Origin: Mobula hypostoma
Lineage: Eukaryota
DNA length: 64,000 nucleotides
Direction: 5' to 3'
Assembly: GCF_963921235.1 (NCBI RefSeq)
Contig: NC_086118.1
Span: 14,324,001 to 14,388,000 of the forward strand
Shown: piece after piece, positions 23,921 to 37,316 of the stretch
How the letters are laid out: every line of letters starts with the position of its first letter
How positions within the stretch are numbered: the first letter of the stretch is position 1
Notes under the pieces: model-generated
Database searches by the model: none
Seen by the model: only the letters and a program-made list of their open reading frames with translations
Told to the model about the DNA's origin: nothing
Position numbers and translations under genes: made by a program

Positions 23921-24269
23921 TCTCATGTTTTTGTATCTTCTGCCCAACAGGAGAGAGAAGAAGTGAGACTGACCATGTTGGGAGGGCTCCTTGGTTATGA
24001 TGTCTACTTTCCTGAGGCAATGGGAGTCAATGGAGGTGGAGAGAGCTGGTTTATGTGCTTGTCTGGACTGCAAACCTAACTTTGCAACTTTCTGAGGAGA
24101 GTCCTATTCAGCTGAAAACATCTACATCAGTCCTCTGTGGGTGAACATCCCCATCCTGCGTACGTTCAGGCAACATTACCCACCTCCTACTTGCAGTCAC
24201 TTTTTTTCTGCATGGCTCTGACTTCTCCACATGTGACGTTGAAGGAGTTTCTGATCTGAATCTCTCTAT

Positions 24270-25155
24270 ATACTGTTCTTACTCTCTCCACACCTCCGTC
24301 TGTGTGGCTCGGCATAGCTCAAACAACATCTATAAATTTGCTGCTGATACAACCATTGTTGGCAGAATTTCAGATGGTGACGAAAGGGTGGACAGGAGCG
24401 AGATATACCAATTAGTTGAGTGGTGTCACAGCAACAATCTTGCATTCAACATCAGCAAGACCAAAGAGCTGATTGTGAACTTCAGGAAGGGTAAGATGAG
24501 GGAACACAAACCAATCCTGATAGAGGGATCAGAAGTGGAGAGAGAGAGCAACTTCAAGTTCCTGAGTGTCATGATCTCTGAGGACCTAACCTGGTCACAA
24601 CATGTTGATGCAGCAATAACGGCAGGACAGCATCTATATTTCATTAGGAGTTTGAGGAGATCTGGTTTGTCAACTAAAACACTACTGCGACTGCACAAGA
24701 TCGAAATAAGATACAGAAACTTGCAAAACTAATCAGCTCTATCGTGGGTACCGGCCTTTGTAGTATCCAAGACATCTTCAAGGAGCAGTGCCTTAAGAAG
24801 GTGGCGTCCATCATTACGGATCCCCAACACCCAGGACATGTCCTCTTCACGCTGTTACCATTGGGAAGGAGGCACAGAAGCCTGAAGGCACACACCCAGT
24901 GATTCAGGAACAGCTTCTTCCCCTCTGCCATCCGATTCCTAAATGGACTTCGAATCCTTGAGCACTACATCACTACTTTTTTTATTTCTGTTATTTTGCA
25001 CAACCTGTACTTATTTTATCTTAACTATTTAATATACTTGATCTAACGCAGTTTTTTTCTATATTTATTTATCATGTATTTCATTGTACTGCTGCTGTAA
25101 AGATAACAAATTTCACAACATATTCCGGTGATATTAAATCTGTCTGATTCTGAAT
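24270..25155 (+). mobile_element. 5'-truncated Rex1/Babar LINE
   Basis: KFAADTTIVGRI...KTKELIVNFRK...FKFLSVMISEDLTW; (gattct)n-like tail. Confidence 0.85.
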
Positions 25156-26199
25156 TATTACCACTATGACAATAAGCTTAGCATTGATGCTTACTCGATC
25201 TAGAAATCAGCTGCAGGTGCTCATGGTTTATTTGAATTCAGAAGTCCACCTCTCTCCCCTATTTGGAGAGGGAATGGTTTGTTTAAAAGTCAGAGGTAGC
25301 AGTGGGAGAGGGCTGGCCACCTGTTTCCTCACTGGGTTCCTGCCAGTCGCCAGTTGCTTGCACCACTTGACTGAAATCTTTGTTGGTTTGATGACAGTAT
25401 CTGTCAGCGTCTGCTCACAGACAGCTCTATCTGTCCTCATGCAAACATATGCGAACCATCTGTGGCTGAGTGCAGGCATGTTGTAAATACATCAGGTCTC
25501 TTTTCAGACGGAATGCCAAAACTGTAAAATTACAATTAATGGCCTTTGAACCCCAGATAAATAATGGAGATCTTGTTTTTTATGCCTCTTGTTTCCCTTT
25601 TATTTAAATTATTTGCATTTGCTTTTGTTTCCAAGTATTTAATATTCTTTTATTTTCTGATTTATCCTTTGTATCCCAAGGCGATGCCTGCACTCATAAA
25701 CTCCATATAAGTCTACAAGGCCTCCATTTAATGTACGATGAAATGTAAGAATATCCAGGCTTTAAAATTCAACAGTATGCTACCAATTTAATGGGTAGTA
25801 AGTGGCTAATATCGCAGTCTGTTGCTTACCCACAACTCCATCTGAAGCGTGATAGCGCCCAGTTTTAATGGGTCTTTTTTCAAAGCTACATTTGCTTTTG
25901 CAAGACATGCCACCAACCGGCAGGAAGGTGTGAAGTTTAAAGGGAATCAGATTTCTCAATTCAGGTTATTGTTTGACCTCTGGATCTTTCAAGTGTGTTG
26001 CCTTTCCAGAATGCTCACATTATTGCAGGACAGAAAGTTGCTGACCTTGCATTTTGATAGTTGCTACCAGAGATATTTTGATCGTGGTCACAGGTTCTCT
26101 CTGAGAAAGTGAGTGGGTGAGGTGCTGGAGGTTGAAGACGAGTTACCTGCATGACAGGCTTATGGCATCAAGAGATCTGCCACTAAGCTATGAGAAATC

Positions 26200-27171
26200 C
26201 TAGAGCTCAAATACCATCTATAAATTTGCTGATGCTACAACTATTGTTGGTAGGATCTCAGGTGGTGACGAGAGGACGTACAGGAGTGAGATATGCCAAC
26301 TAGTGGAGTGGTGTCACAGCGACAACCTTGCACTCAATATCAGTAAGATGAAAGAGGTGACTGTGGAGTTCAGAAAGGGTAAGATGAAGGATCATATACC
26401 AATCCTAACAGAGGGATCAGAAGTGGAGACAGTGAGCAGTTTCAAGTTCCTGGGTGCCAAGATCTCTGAGGATCTATCCTGGTCCCAGCATATCAATGCA
26501 GCTATGAAAAAGTCTAGACAGGGACTATACTTCATTAGGAGTTTGAAGACAAAAACACTCAAAAACTTCTATAGCTGTACTGTGGAGAGCATTCTCACAG
26601 GCTGCATCACCGTCTGGTATGGGAGGTGGTGGTGTGCTATGGCACAGGACTGCAAGAAGCTGCAGAGTGTTGTAAATTTAGTCGGCTCCATCTTGGGTAC
26701 TAGCCTACAAAGTACCAAGGACATCTTCAAGGAGCGGTGTCTCAAAAAGGCAGCGTCCATTATTAAGGACCTCCAGCACCCAGAGCATGCCCTTTTCTCA
26801 CTGTTACCATCAGGTAGGAGGTACAGAAGCCTGAAGGCACACACTCAGCGATTCAAGAACAGCTTCTTCTCCTCTGCCATCTGATTCCTAAATAGAAGAA
26901 CTCAACACTGAACTGATCACTGAACACAGCGTATGGACTTACTTTCGAGGACTCTACAAATCACATTCTTAGTATTTTTGTTTACTTATTGTTATTTGTT
27001 TTTTTTATTTGCAGTTTGTCTTCTTTTGCATTCCTGTGGCTTATCAGTCTATGATTCTATTGTATTTCTTTGTTTACTATGGACACCTACAAGAAAATGA
27101 ATCTCAAGGCAGTATATGGTGATATATATGTACTTTGATAGTAAATTTACTTTGCACTTTTGAACTTTGAA
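26200..27171 (+). mobile_element. 5'-truncated Rex1/Babar LINE
   Basis: ORF 26303-26884 FKFLGAKISEDLSW...LLPSGRRYRSL; tttgaactttgaa tail. Confidence 0.85.
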
Positions 27172-27659
27172 TACACTGGGTCAGGCAGCTACTGTGGACA
27201 TGTTCAGATGAAGGAGTAGGCCTCTCAGCCTATCAACCCTGCCCCAGACCTAATTTCCTCTTCTAAACCAGTTCTTCATCATCCCTAATTCACTGATTTA
27301 TCAGATCATTATCTACCTCCTCTGTTAAGTGCTCCCATCCCAACGATGCAGCCTCCACAACCCTTTGGAGTACAGAATTCCAGCGGCTGCCATCCTCCAC
27401 AAGGTAAAAAATCTTCCCAAGACAAAGAAGGGAAGATAGAAAGATTCAGAAGGGAGCTAAGGTACTTAGAGTATTGGCAACTAATGCCATAACCAAGAGT
27501 GATCTTTTGTCCAGTCTTTAGTGTTATCAAGGAACAAAAGGAAGTGATTGTATGTACAGTATGTGAGTAATCAGGTGGATAAAACTTAGGATGAGCTAAA
27601 AAATGGGTATCCGAGTTTTGCATGAACTTACTTTTAAGGGTAGCAAATGGGAGACCAAC

Positions 27660-28320
27660 CATGAGAGGCTTTCTTGGTTGAAGAAAGAAGCTGAATAGAA
27701 GAGATTGGTTTGACAAGTTTCATCATGGTAGGCTGATCCAGAGATTAATATTCAAGGGATATATGGATACTTGGTAGATTGAATTCGGAATTGGCAGAAG
27801 GTAATGGTGCAAGCATGTTGTTCCGCCTACACAGCAATATTCCAAAAGGAACAGTGTTGGGATGTGTAATTATTTATACGGCAAATGAATTGGATGAAAA
27901 TGGAGGTGGGTTGATTAGTAATACTGCAGATGACAAAAAAATTAATATTTGTGGATACTGAGGAAAGTTGTCAAAGGTTTCAGCAGGATATAGACCAAAA
28001 ATAAATATGGACAGAGAAATGATTTCATTGAATTATATAAAAAATTGAGAGGCAAAGGCAGAGCACATAAAGTTATTTTCAATGGGTAGAACCATCAACT
28101 ACTTGAAAGCATAAGTTTAGAGTGACAAGGGAAAAAGTTAAAGGAGATTTACGAGGCAAGTTTTATTTTACACATCATGGAACATACTTCCAGGGGAGGT
28201 GGTGGAAGGATATAAAATAGCAACGTTTAAGAGGCACTTAGACAGATACAGGTAGGGAAAGGAGGGATATACATGCCAGCAGATGTGGGCTTTTCCTGAG
28301 CTAAACTATTCTATGGTTAG
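27660..28320 (+). mobile_element. Ancient CR1 remnant
   Basis: Degenerate IPKGTVLG...NELDE...ADDKK and CR1 3' end. Confidence 0.55.
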
Positions 28321-28528
28321 AGCTCTAAAGGAGCTGAGATGGATTGTCAAGTTCCACTTGTGATTAGCTGTGATTTTTAACACAAATTAAATAAGCAACT
28401 GAAAACTATCAGCTTCACACAAACTGAGCATGGCCAAATAGGTAAGACCAGAGGGTAGAAAGTACTGCAAAATAATGTTGCTACCCATCATGTTAGTATC
28501 TTCTTGTAGACAACGTGGAGTCTTAGTG

Positions 28529-28608
28529 CAGGAGTTCCCAACCTAGGGTCCACGGACCCTTTGGTTAACGGTAAGGCTCCATGGCTTAAAAGAGACCAGG
28601 AACCTCTG
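28529..28608 (-). mobile_element. hAT-type MITE (same family as 9406)
   Basis: caggagttccca...ggaacctctg; flanks tcttagtg/tcttatga. Confidence 0.55.
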
Positions 28609-28861
28609 TCTTATGATACATTGAATTTGGATGAGATGGGAATCCTGTCCTATAAGCTTTGCCAATAAGCTGCAGTGGTGATTATGACTACTTGCTAATA
28701 CATGAAGTTGAAATGGTTCGTAAATCAGGTGGAATTTATATTGTGCTATTCTGTAAAATGCTTGTTGTTCAGTTTTATTGAAGAAAATGGACTTGAGGTG
28801 AGGTGTCTGACAAATAACAGATGCTATAGGAACTGTTTTACGTTAACAAGCCTTGTTCAAT

Positions 28862-29475
28862 TTAAGTCAAATCAAGTCAAGTCAAGTCACTTTTTATTGT
28901 CATTTCGACCATAACTGCTGGTACAGTACACAGTAAAAACGAGACAACGTTTTTCAGGACCATGGTGCTACATGAAACAATACAAAAACTACACTGAACT
29001 ATGTGAAACAGCACAAAAGCTACACTCGACTACAGACCTATCCAGGTCTGCAAAAAGTGGACAAAACAGTGCAGGCATTACCATAAATAATAAACAAGAC
29101 AATAGGCACAGTAAAGGGCAGTAGGTTGGTGTCAGTCCAGGCTCTGGGAATTGAGGAGTCTGATAGCTTGGGGGAAGAAGCTGTTACATAGTCTGGTCGT
29201 GAGAGCCCGAATGCTTCGGTACCTTTTGCCAGATGGCAGGAGGGAGAAGAGTTTGTTTGAGGGGTGTGTGGGGTCCTTCATAATGCTGTTTGCTTTGCAG
29301 ATCAGCGTGTGGTGTAAATGTCTGTAATGTAGGGAAGAGAGACCCCGATGACATTCTCAGCTGACCTCACTATCCGCTGCAGGGTCTTGCGATCCAAGAT
29401 GGTGCAATTTCCAAACCAGGCAGAGATGCAGCTGCTCAGGATGCTCTCAATACAACCTCTGTAGAAGATGGTGAG
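28862..29475 (-). mobile_element. Rex1/Babar LINE 3' fragment with (GACTT)n tail
   Basis: (aagtc)n repeats, AATAAA on the minus strand, LLPSG-type C-terminal coding remnant. Confidence 0.75.
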
Positions 29476-30923
29476 AATTTAACCCTCCTGATGGTTATTA
29501 TTTTCTCAGTGTAAGTGCCCTTTTAATTAAAATTCAAAATAAATTTATTATCAAAATACATACTGTATATGTCACCATATGCAAACCTGAGATGCAGTTT
29601 CTTCTGGGCATACTCAGTAAATCCCCTATCCATAATAGAATCAATGAAGGACTGCACCTAATGGGTGTACAATCAATGTGCAAAAGTCTACATATTGCAC
29701 AAATACGAAACAAAGAAACAGATAATAATAATAAATAAGTAAACAATAAATATTGAGAACATGAGAAGAACAGTCCTTGAAAGTGAGTCCATAGGTTGTG
29801 GGGACATTTCATGGATAGGATCAGTAAAGTTAAGTGAAGTTATCAACTTTGTTTCAAAAGCCTGATGGTTGAGGGGTAATAACTGTTCCTGAACCTGGCT
29901 GTGTGAGTCCTGAGGCTCCTGTACCTTCTTCCTGATGGTAGCAGTGAGAAGAGAGCAGGTCCTGTGTGGTGGGATTCCTCGAAGCTGCTTTCCTGCGACA
30001 ATGCTCCATATAGACATTCTCGATGGTGGGGAGGGCTTTACCCATGATGGACTGTGCTACTTTCACTACTTTTTGTAGGCTTTTCGATTCAAGGGCATTA
30101 GTGTTTCCATGCTAGGCTATGATGCTCTCCATCGCACATCTACAGAAAATTGTCAAAGTTTATCATGCTGAATCTTTGCAAACTCTAAAGGAAGTGGAGG
30201 AGCTGTTGTGCCTTTTTTGTAATTGCATTTACGTGCCAGGCCCAGAACATGTTCTCTGAAATAATACACCTTGGAATTTAAAGCTGCTGACCCCTCCATC
30301 TCCAATCCCCCAGTGAGGACAGGTTCATAGACCTTTGCTTTCCTCCTCCTGAAGTAAATAATCAACTCTTTGGTCTTGCTGACATTGAGTAAGAGGCTGT
30401 TGTTATGGCACCACTCAGCCAGATTTTCAATCTCCCTCCTGTATGCTGATTCATCACCCCCTTTGATTCAGCCTATGACAGTGGCGTCATCAGCAAACTT
30501 GAATATGCATTGGAGCTGTGCTTAGCCACACAGTCAAAGTGTAAAGCAAGTAGAACAAAGGGCAAAGCAAGCACCTGTACATATGGAGAATGTGGAGGAG
30601 ATGTTGTTGCCAGTTATAACTGTCTGGGGGGTCTGCAAATGAGGAAATCGAAGATCCAATTTTACATGGAGATATTGAGTCCAAGATCTTGAAGCTTTTT
30701 GATTAGTTTTGGAGGGATGATAGTATTGAATGCCAAGCTGTAGTTGATAAAGAGCATCCCAATGTATGCATCTTTGCTGTCCAGATGTTCCAGGGTTGAG
30801 TGAAGAGTCAATGAGATGGCGTCTGCTGTGGATCCGTTTTGCTGTTAGGCAAATCAGAGCAGATCCAAGTCACTACTCAGGTAGGAGTTGATAAGTCTCA
30901 TCACCAATTTCTCAAAACACTTC

Positions 30924-31925
30924 GCAAACACGAGCAATTCTGCTGATGCTAGAATTTCAAGCAACAGCTTCCGCCACCTCCAACAGGATCCCACCACTAA
31001 GCACATCTTTCCCTCCCCACCTCTCTCTGCTTTCCACAGGGATCGCTCCCTACGCGACTCCCTTGTCCACTCGTCCCCCCCATCACTCCTCACCGATCTC
31101 CCTCCTGGCACTTATCCTTGTAAGCGGAACAAGTGCTACACATGCCCTTACACTTCCTCCCTTACCATTCAGGGCCGCAGACAGTCCTTCCCCAGGTGAG
31201 GCGACACTTCACCTGTGAGTCGGCTGGGGTGATATACTGCGTCCGGTGCTCCCGATGTGGCTTTTTATATGTTGGCGAGACCCGACGCAGACTGGGAGAT
31301 CGTTTCGCTGAACACCTAAGCTCTGTCTGCCAGAGAAAGCAGGATCTCCCAGTGGCCACACACTTTAATTCCACGTCCCATTCCCATTCTGATATGTCTA
31401 TCCACGGCCTCCTCTACTGTAAAGATGAAGCCACACTCAGGTTGGAGGAACAACACCTTATATTCCGTGTGGGTAGCCTCCAACCTGATGGCATGAATAT
31501 TGACTTCTCTAACTTCCGCTAATGCCCCACCTCCCCCCGTACCCAATCCGTTATTTATTTATATACACACATTCTTCTCTCTCTCTCTCTCTCTCTCCTT
31601 TTTCTCCCTCTGTCCCTCTCACTATACCCCTTGCCCATCCTCTGGGTTTTTCCTCCCCTCCCCTTTTTCTTTCTCCCTGGGCCTCCTGTCCCATTTTTCT
31701 CTCATATCCCTTTTGCCAAACAACTGTCCAGCTCTTGGCTCCATCCCTCCCCCTCCTGTCTTCTCCTATCATTTTGGATCTCCCCCTCCCCCTCCCATTT
31801 TCAAATCTCTTACTAGCTCTTCTTTCAGTTAGTCCTGACAAAGGGTCTTGGCCCGAAATGTCGACTGTACCTCTTCCTGTAGATGTTGCCTGGCCTGCTG
31901 CATTCACCCACAACTTTGATGTGTG
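30924..31925 (+). mobile_element. Penelope-like element (3' part) with inverted 5' tail
   Basis: 16-bp TSD TTTCTCAAAACACTTC (30908-30923 / 31926-31941); inverted 42-bp tail 30924-30965; hammerhead motif 31830-31867. Confidence 0.92.
31133..31522 (+). pseudogene. Penelope GIY-YIG endonuclease domain
   Basis: FTCESAGVIYCVRCSRCGFLYVGETRRRLGDRFAEH...HF...E...LQPDGMN; preceded by the CKRNKCYTC Cys motif in another frame. Confidence 0.9.
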
Positions 31926-33849
31926 TTTCTCAAAACACTTCATCACAACAGGTGTAATTGCAACTAGCTAGACGATAGTCATTGAGGCTAGTTTCCATGT
32001 TCTTCTTAGGCACCAGTAAATTGAAGCCTGCTTGAAGCAGGTGGGTACCTCAGACTGCCAAAGTGACAAGTTAAAGATCTCAGTGAACACTCCAGCCAGT
32101 TGATCAGCACAGGCCTTTAGTACTTGTCCTGGTACCCGCTATGGACCAGGTGCTTTCCGTGCATTCTCCCTGCTGCAGGATGCTCGCATATTGGCCTCAA
32201 AAATGAAATTGTAGGATCATCGGGGCAGTGGGAGATCATGTTAGTTCCTCCATATTTGGTGGTCAAAGTGAGCATAGCTCATCTGGAGATGATATCATTC
32301 AAGCCCTGCCACAACTGGCAAGCAACCTTCATTGATTCAATTTAGGCCCGAATAACTACTGCACCCGTGAGTTGGCTTTCCAGACATCATACCTGGGCCT
32401 CTCCTACCTTTCTTCGTCACCAGACTTACATTCCTCTGACCTGGTCCTCAGCAGACTGTAGATCTCATAGTTCATCCAGGGCTTCTGGTTGGGGAAGAGT
32501 CTAAATGATTTTGTGGGGACGCACTCATCTACAACTGTTTTTATAAAGTCCTTGACAACCATAGTGTATTCATTCAGATCCACAGATGAATCCTTGAACG
32601 TGGCCCACCAACTCAAAGTAATCCTGTAGCCTCGCCTCTACCTCCCATGACCACATCTTTGTTGTCCTAAATTTTGGAGCCTTGCTCTTTAGCCTCTGCC
32701 TGAATGCAGGCAGGAGGAGGACAGCCAAGTGAGCAGATTTACCAAAATGCAGTCAGGGTATGGATCAGTCGGCATTCCTTATCATAGTGTAACAGTGGTC
32801 TAGTGTGTTGGGACCTAGGGTGCTACAGGTTTTAATCTGATGGTAATTTAGCAGGGATTTCTTCAATAAGCCTGATTATGATCACCAACTATGCTATGAA
32901 ATGCCTGGCTTGTTGTTCTTCCCCCACCTCCTGCCTCATTTTCAGCCATGGTGATCTACCTTCATCCACTTAAAGGTGTTGTACCTGCTTCCTTGAGAGT
33001 TAAGTCCGCCAAGTCCTTCAGAAGATTGTGAAATCTGTAGTTCATTAACTCAATTTAAAAATATATTGTGTAAAGGGAAATTACACGCTGCAGGTTTCAG
33101 TGACAGTCATTCAAAAGAGCTATGTTTAGAAGTATTGTGAGTAGCCTACAGAACGTCGTCATGGTTCACTGGCGCCATCTTGCTCTACAACATAAATTTA
33201 CATTTCGCATTTTGTTGTGTCCTTTAACTGAATTTGTAACATACTTCGAAGTTCTGAAGAGGAGTAGCCTGCAGCTATACTTATTTGTGGGACTCTGCAC
33301 AAAAGTGAACTTTGAAGACAGGATGAGAGGGCATAAAAAAATGGAATTCCATGTACAGCAATGTTTCTAGAAGAACTACAATCCTTGTATATGAAAGGAG
33401 TTTGGATCCTAGCCATGAGAAATATAATGAAATGCAATTATTTCAAGTTGTTGGCCAAAGCTCCCTCACGTACTCCACATGAATGCCTGGTTCCAGTTAT
33501 ACATGTGATTTATGAAGAAATTTTTGTTTCAATATTTACATATACTGTATATAATATGTCATCTTTCTCCTTTCTTTCGATTTAATGGGTGTGATCCCTT
33601 CTCTGCTGTTTCTTATTTCTGTTCAGGCATTTTTGATGCAACTGAAGTGTAACCGACAGTGTATGGGTCCCTCCAAGCTCACAAATGCCTGAATTATATA
33701 CACTTGAACAAGCATTTGGGAGACCACTGGGATGGATTTGCCAGCTGCAAGATCTTCTGCCACCTGGGAACTTGATTCACGGCCACATTTCTGACTTGTG
33801 AGCAGTCTGGGATGCAAAAAGTTCACAGGCTTGGAGTCCAGGTGTAACC

Positions 33850-34290
33850 TGCAGATGAGCTATGCAGTTTTGGTTCCCTTACCCAAAAAGGATATAGTAA
33901 TGTTGGAGTTCGTTCAATTCCCGGAATGAGAGAACCCTCCTGCATTCTTTGGAGTTTAGAATAATGAGGGGTGATCTTATTGAAACATAGAAGATCCTTT
34001 GATAGGGTAGATGTGGTGTTTTCACAAGTAGGAGCTCATGGGGATCAGTCATTTAAAACTGATGCATGTAGAAAAAAGGTGAATCACTGGAATTCTTTGT
34101 CTCAGTGGGTAGTGGACATTGTATAATTAGAATTAGAGGTGGATAAATATTTTGACAGATCAAGGAATAGAGGGATATGGTTAAATGGCACAGAAGAGGA
34201 GTTGGACAAACACACATCAACCATAATTATATTACATATTGTGAAGGAATTGATGGCCTACTCCTCTTCCTATTTGTTCATGCTCTTGTA
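33850..34290 (+). mobile_element. Ancient CR1 3' remnant
   Basis: gagtttagaataatgaggggtgatcttattgaaaca ... atggcctactcct. Confidence 0.6.
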
Positions 34291-34504
34291 GGGAATTAAG
34301 CTGTACAATATGATCCCAGTTTTCCTTTGGAGACAATTAAGCCAATCTCAGCTGTTCCAGTGGCAGTGTCAACGTGGAAATATATGAATTAAGGACAGGA
34401 AACGATTATTCAGTCCTCAACCACTGTACGTTCTATCATTTAATAAGTCCACAATTGATCTGACTGTAATCTCAACTCCGTATTCCCATCTAGTCACAGT
34501 TTGG

Positions 34505-35100
34505 GAGCTTGAAGAGATTTGGTATGTCAACAAATACACACAAAAACGTCCATAGTTGTGCCGTGGAGAGCATTCTGAAAGGCTGCATCACTGTCTGGTA
34601 TGGAGGGGCTACTGCACAGGACCGAAAGAAGCTGCAGAGGGTTGTAAATCTAGTCAGCTCCATCTTGGGTACTAGCCTACAAAGTACCCTGGACTCCTTT
34701 AAGGAGCGGTGTCTCAGAAAGGCAGCGTCCATTATTAAGGACCTCCAGCACCCAGGGCATGCCCTTTTCTCACTCTTACCATCAGGTAGGAGGTACAGAA
34801 GCCTGAAGGCACACACTCAGCAATTTAGGAACAGCTTCTTCCCCTCTGCCATCCAATTCCTAAATGGACATTGAATCTTTGGACACTAGCTCGCTTTTTT
34901 TAATATACAGTATTACTGTTTTTGCACCTTTTTTAAAATCTATTCAATATAAGTAATTAATTTTTTTGTTTACTTATTATTATTTTTATTTTTTTTCTTT
35001 CTCCTAGCCTATGTATTGCATTGAACTGCTGCTGCTAAGTTAACTCATTTCACATCTCATGCCGGTGATAATAAACCTGATACTGATTCGGATTCTGATT
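34505..35100 (+). mobile_element. Rex1/Babar LINE 3' fragment
   Basis: ORF 34509-34874, close to 26560-26884; AATAAA and (gattct) tail. Confidence 0.85.
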
Positions 35101-35304
35101 CACCTTTTACAGCTTGCTTATCAAGGATCCAGCTACCTTTGCTTTGAAAATATTCAAAGACTGTTTCCACTACTGTTTGAGAAAGAAAACAACGCTGAAC
35201 ATTTTTTCTCTCATCTCTGTTTTAATGATATCACCTTATTTTAAACAGTGATCCCCAGTTCTCCACATTTAATAAGACCATACCTATTCAGATCTTCTCT
35301 ACAT

Positions 35305-37316
35305 GCACACTGTCTCTTTGTCTTTGATTAGTTGGATTAATGCTATTAAGATGATCATTTTGCCCAAATTTTTGTATATATTTCAATCGGTTCCAATTTT
35401 TATCCCAAAATCTTTTTTTGATAACGTAGATTCAAAAATTTCCTCATATATTTGGCAGAACAAAAATCCTAGGTTAAGTAAAAGGTATCTACAGAAATCT
35501 AAAAAGAAGGGAGGGCTTGCCCTCCCGAATTTTACATTCTATTATTGCGCAATTAATATCGATATTTAAAATTTTGGTTACGAGATTTGGATGTATCTTT
35601 AAACCCTCATTGGGTAAATCTTGAATCTAATTCATTACAAGGGTTTTCCTTGGGTTCGGTTTTAGGAACTTCACTTCCTTTTACTTCTTTTAAATCGTAT
35701 AAACAAATGAATAACCCAATTGTTTTTTACGTATATGGTTTCAATTCCAAAGATTTTTTGGGTTTAATCAATTTATTCTAGCAAGTCCCATTATATCAAA
35801 TTTTCTTTTTCAAACTTCCACTATGGATCAAGCTTACTTTGATTGGAAAACCAAAGGTATAATATCTTTTCGCGATTTATTTTTGGATAATTGTTTTATG
35901 TCTTTTGATCAACTCTTTAATAAATATAACTTACCCAGATCTCACTTCTTTAGATATCTACAGATTAGAAACTTTTTAATTACTGTCTCCCCTAATTTTC
36001 TACACCCATATTCAATGGACACTTTGGAAAAAATTTTAGATTTAAATCTCTCTTGGGGTTTTTTTCCTTTTCTCTATTGATATGTATATATATATAATTA
36101 GTATACGATTATTTTACCTTATTATTTTATGTTTCAATTGCACTGTTTGTATCAATTTTTTTCTGTATTAATATCTCCTGTAATTTCTAACGGTGTATTA
36201 GTGCTTATATGGTTTACCTTTTGTATACTTATTCAATAAAAAGATTTAAAAAGAAAGAAAAAAGAAAAGATTTAAATCTCTCTCAGAAAAGTGTAGTAGC
36301 AATTATATATAATATAATTATGAATTTATGTCCTGATGCTTCTAATAAGATTAAAGCTGACTGGGAAAGAGAACTTGAGATTAATATACCGACTGAAAAA
36401 TGGGAAAAAATTCTTCAGTTGGTGAATTCATCCTCTGTATGTGTTAAACATAGGTTGATACAGTTTAAAGTAGTGCACAGGACTCATATGTCCAAAGATA
36501 AACTATCTCGTTATTACTCTTATATTAATCCAATATGTGATAGGTGTCATTCCGAGATAGCTTCTTTAACCCACATGTTTTGGTCATGTCCTTTGTTGGA
36601 GAAATATTGGAAAGATATTTTTGATATTATTTCAACGGTCCTAAATAAAGACTTACAACCTCATCCAATTACTGCTATCTTTGGATTACCAATGATAGAT
36701 TTAAATAATTTAACCTCTTCATCACGTAGGATGATTGCATTTTTTACTTTAATAGCTAGAAGGTCCATTTTGTTGAATTGGAAAGAGATTAACCCTCCTA
36801 ATGTATTTCATTGGTTTTCACAAACTATGGTGTGTTTGAATTTGGAGAAAATTAGAAGTGCGGTTTATGACCCTTACATTAAGTTTGAAAAAACTTGGAG
36901 GCCATTCATTCAGCATTTTCATTTGATGTAATTTGATCATTTCCAAACTTGTTTTTTCTCTCTGTACTGTTGTTGGAGAGGAATGGAGTCGTCGACGCTA
37001 AGGTTTTCTTCTTTTCCATTTTAAGTTGCTAGTTTTGCCCAAGTCTTTTAGTTTTGTTGATTAATTCTGCTTTTCTTTGGGGATGGGGTTTGTTTTTTTT
37101 TGTTTTGTTTTTTTTTCTTTTTCATGTTTTCTTTCCAGTTTTTTTTTTTGCTTTGTATTATCCGTTGTTAGTTCTACATGGGAGCTTTGTTAATTTACGC
37201 TATTTGGTTTTGCAATTACTTTTTTAAGTGTAACAATATATCTCTGACTATTTGTATTATTGCTATGTTTTGTTTCTATATTTGAAATTAATAAAAAGAT
37301 TGAAAAAGAAAGAAAG
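35305..37316 (+). mobile_element. 5'-truncated L1/Tx1-clade LINE (ORF2 C-terminus)
   Basis: INAIKMIILPKFLYIFQ...GGLALPNF; Cys-rich CDRCHSEIASLTHMFWSC; T-rich 3' UTR, AATAAA and A-rich tail. Confidence 0.85.
36054..36267 (+). mobile_element. Short L1-type 3' UTR insertion inside the L1
   Basis: 16-bp TSD AGATTTAAATCTCTCT (36038-36053 / 36268-36283); AATAAA and A-rich tail. Confidence 0.85.

Larger units (their letters stand above)
29533..33183 (-). mobile_element. Decayed, internally deleted Rex1/Babar LINE retaining its 5' end
   Basis: RT remnants (KCFEKLVMRLINSYL; FPNQKPWMN); 5' CAAGATGGCGCC at ~33171-33182; interrupted by Penelope. Confidence 0.75.

Noticed and set aside
25820..25960. Minus-strand donor (G|gtaagc) with an upstream open frame
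   Set aside because: No clear acceptor or recognisable peptide; could be chance
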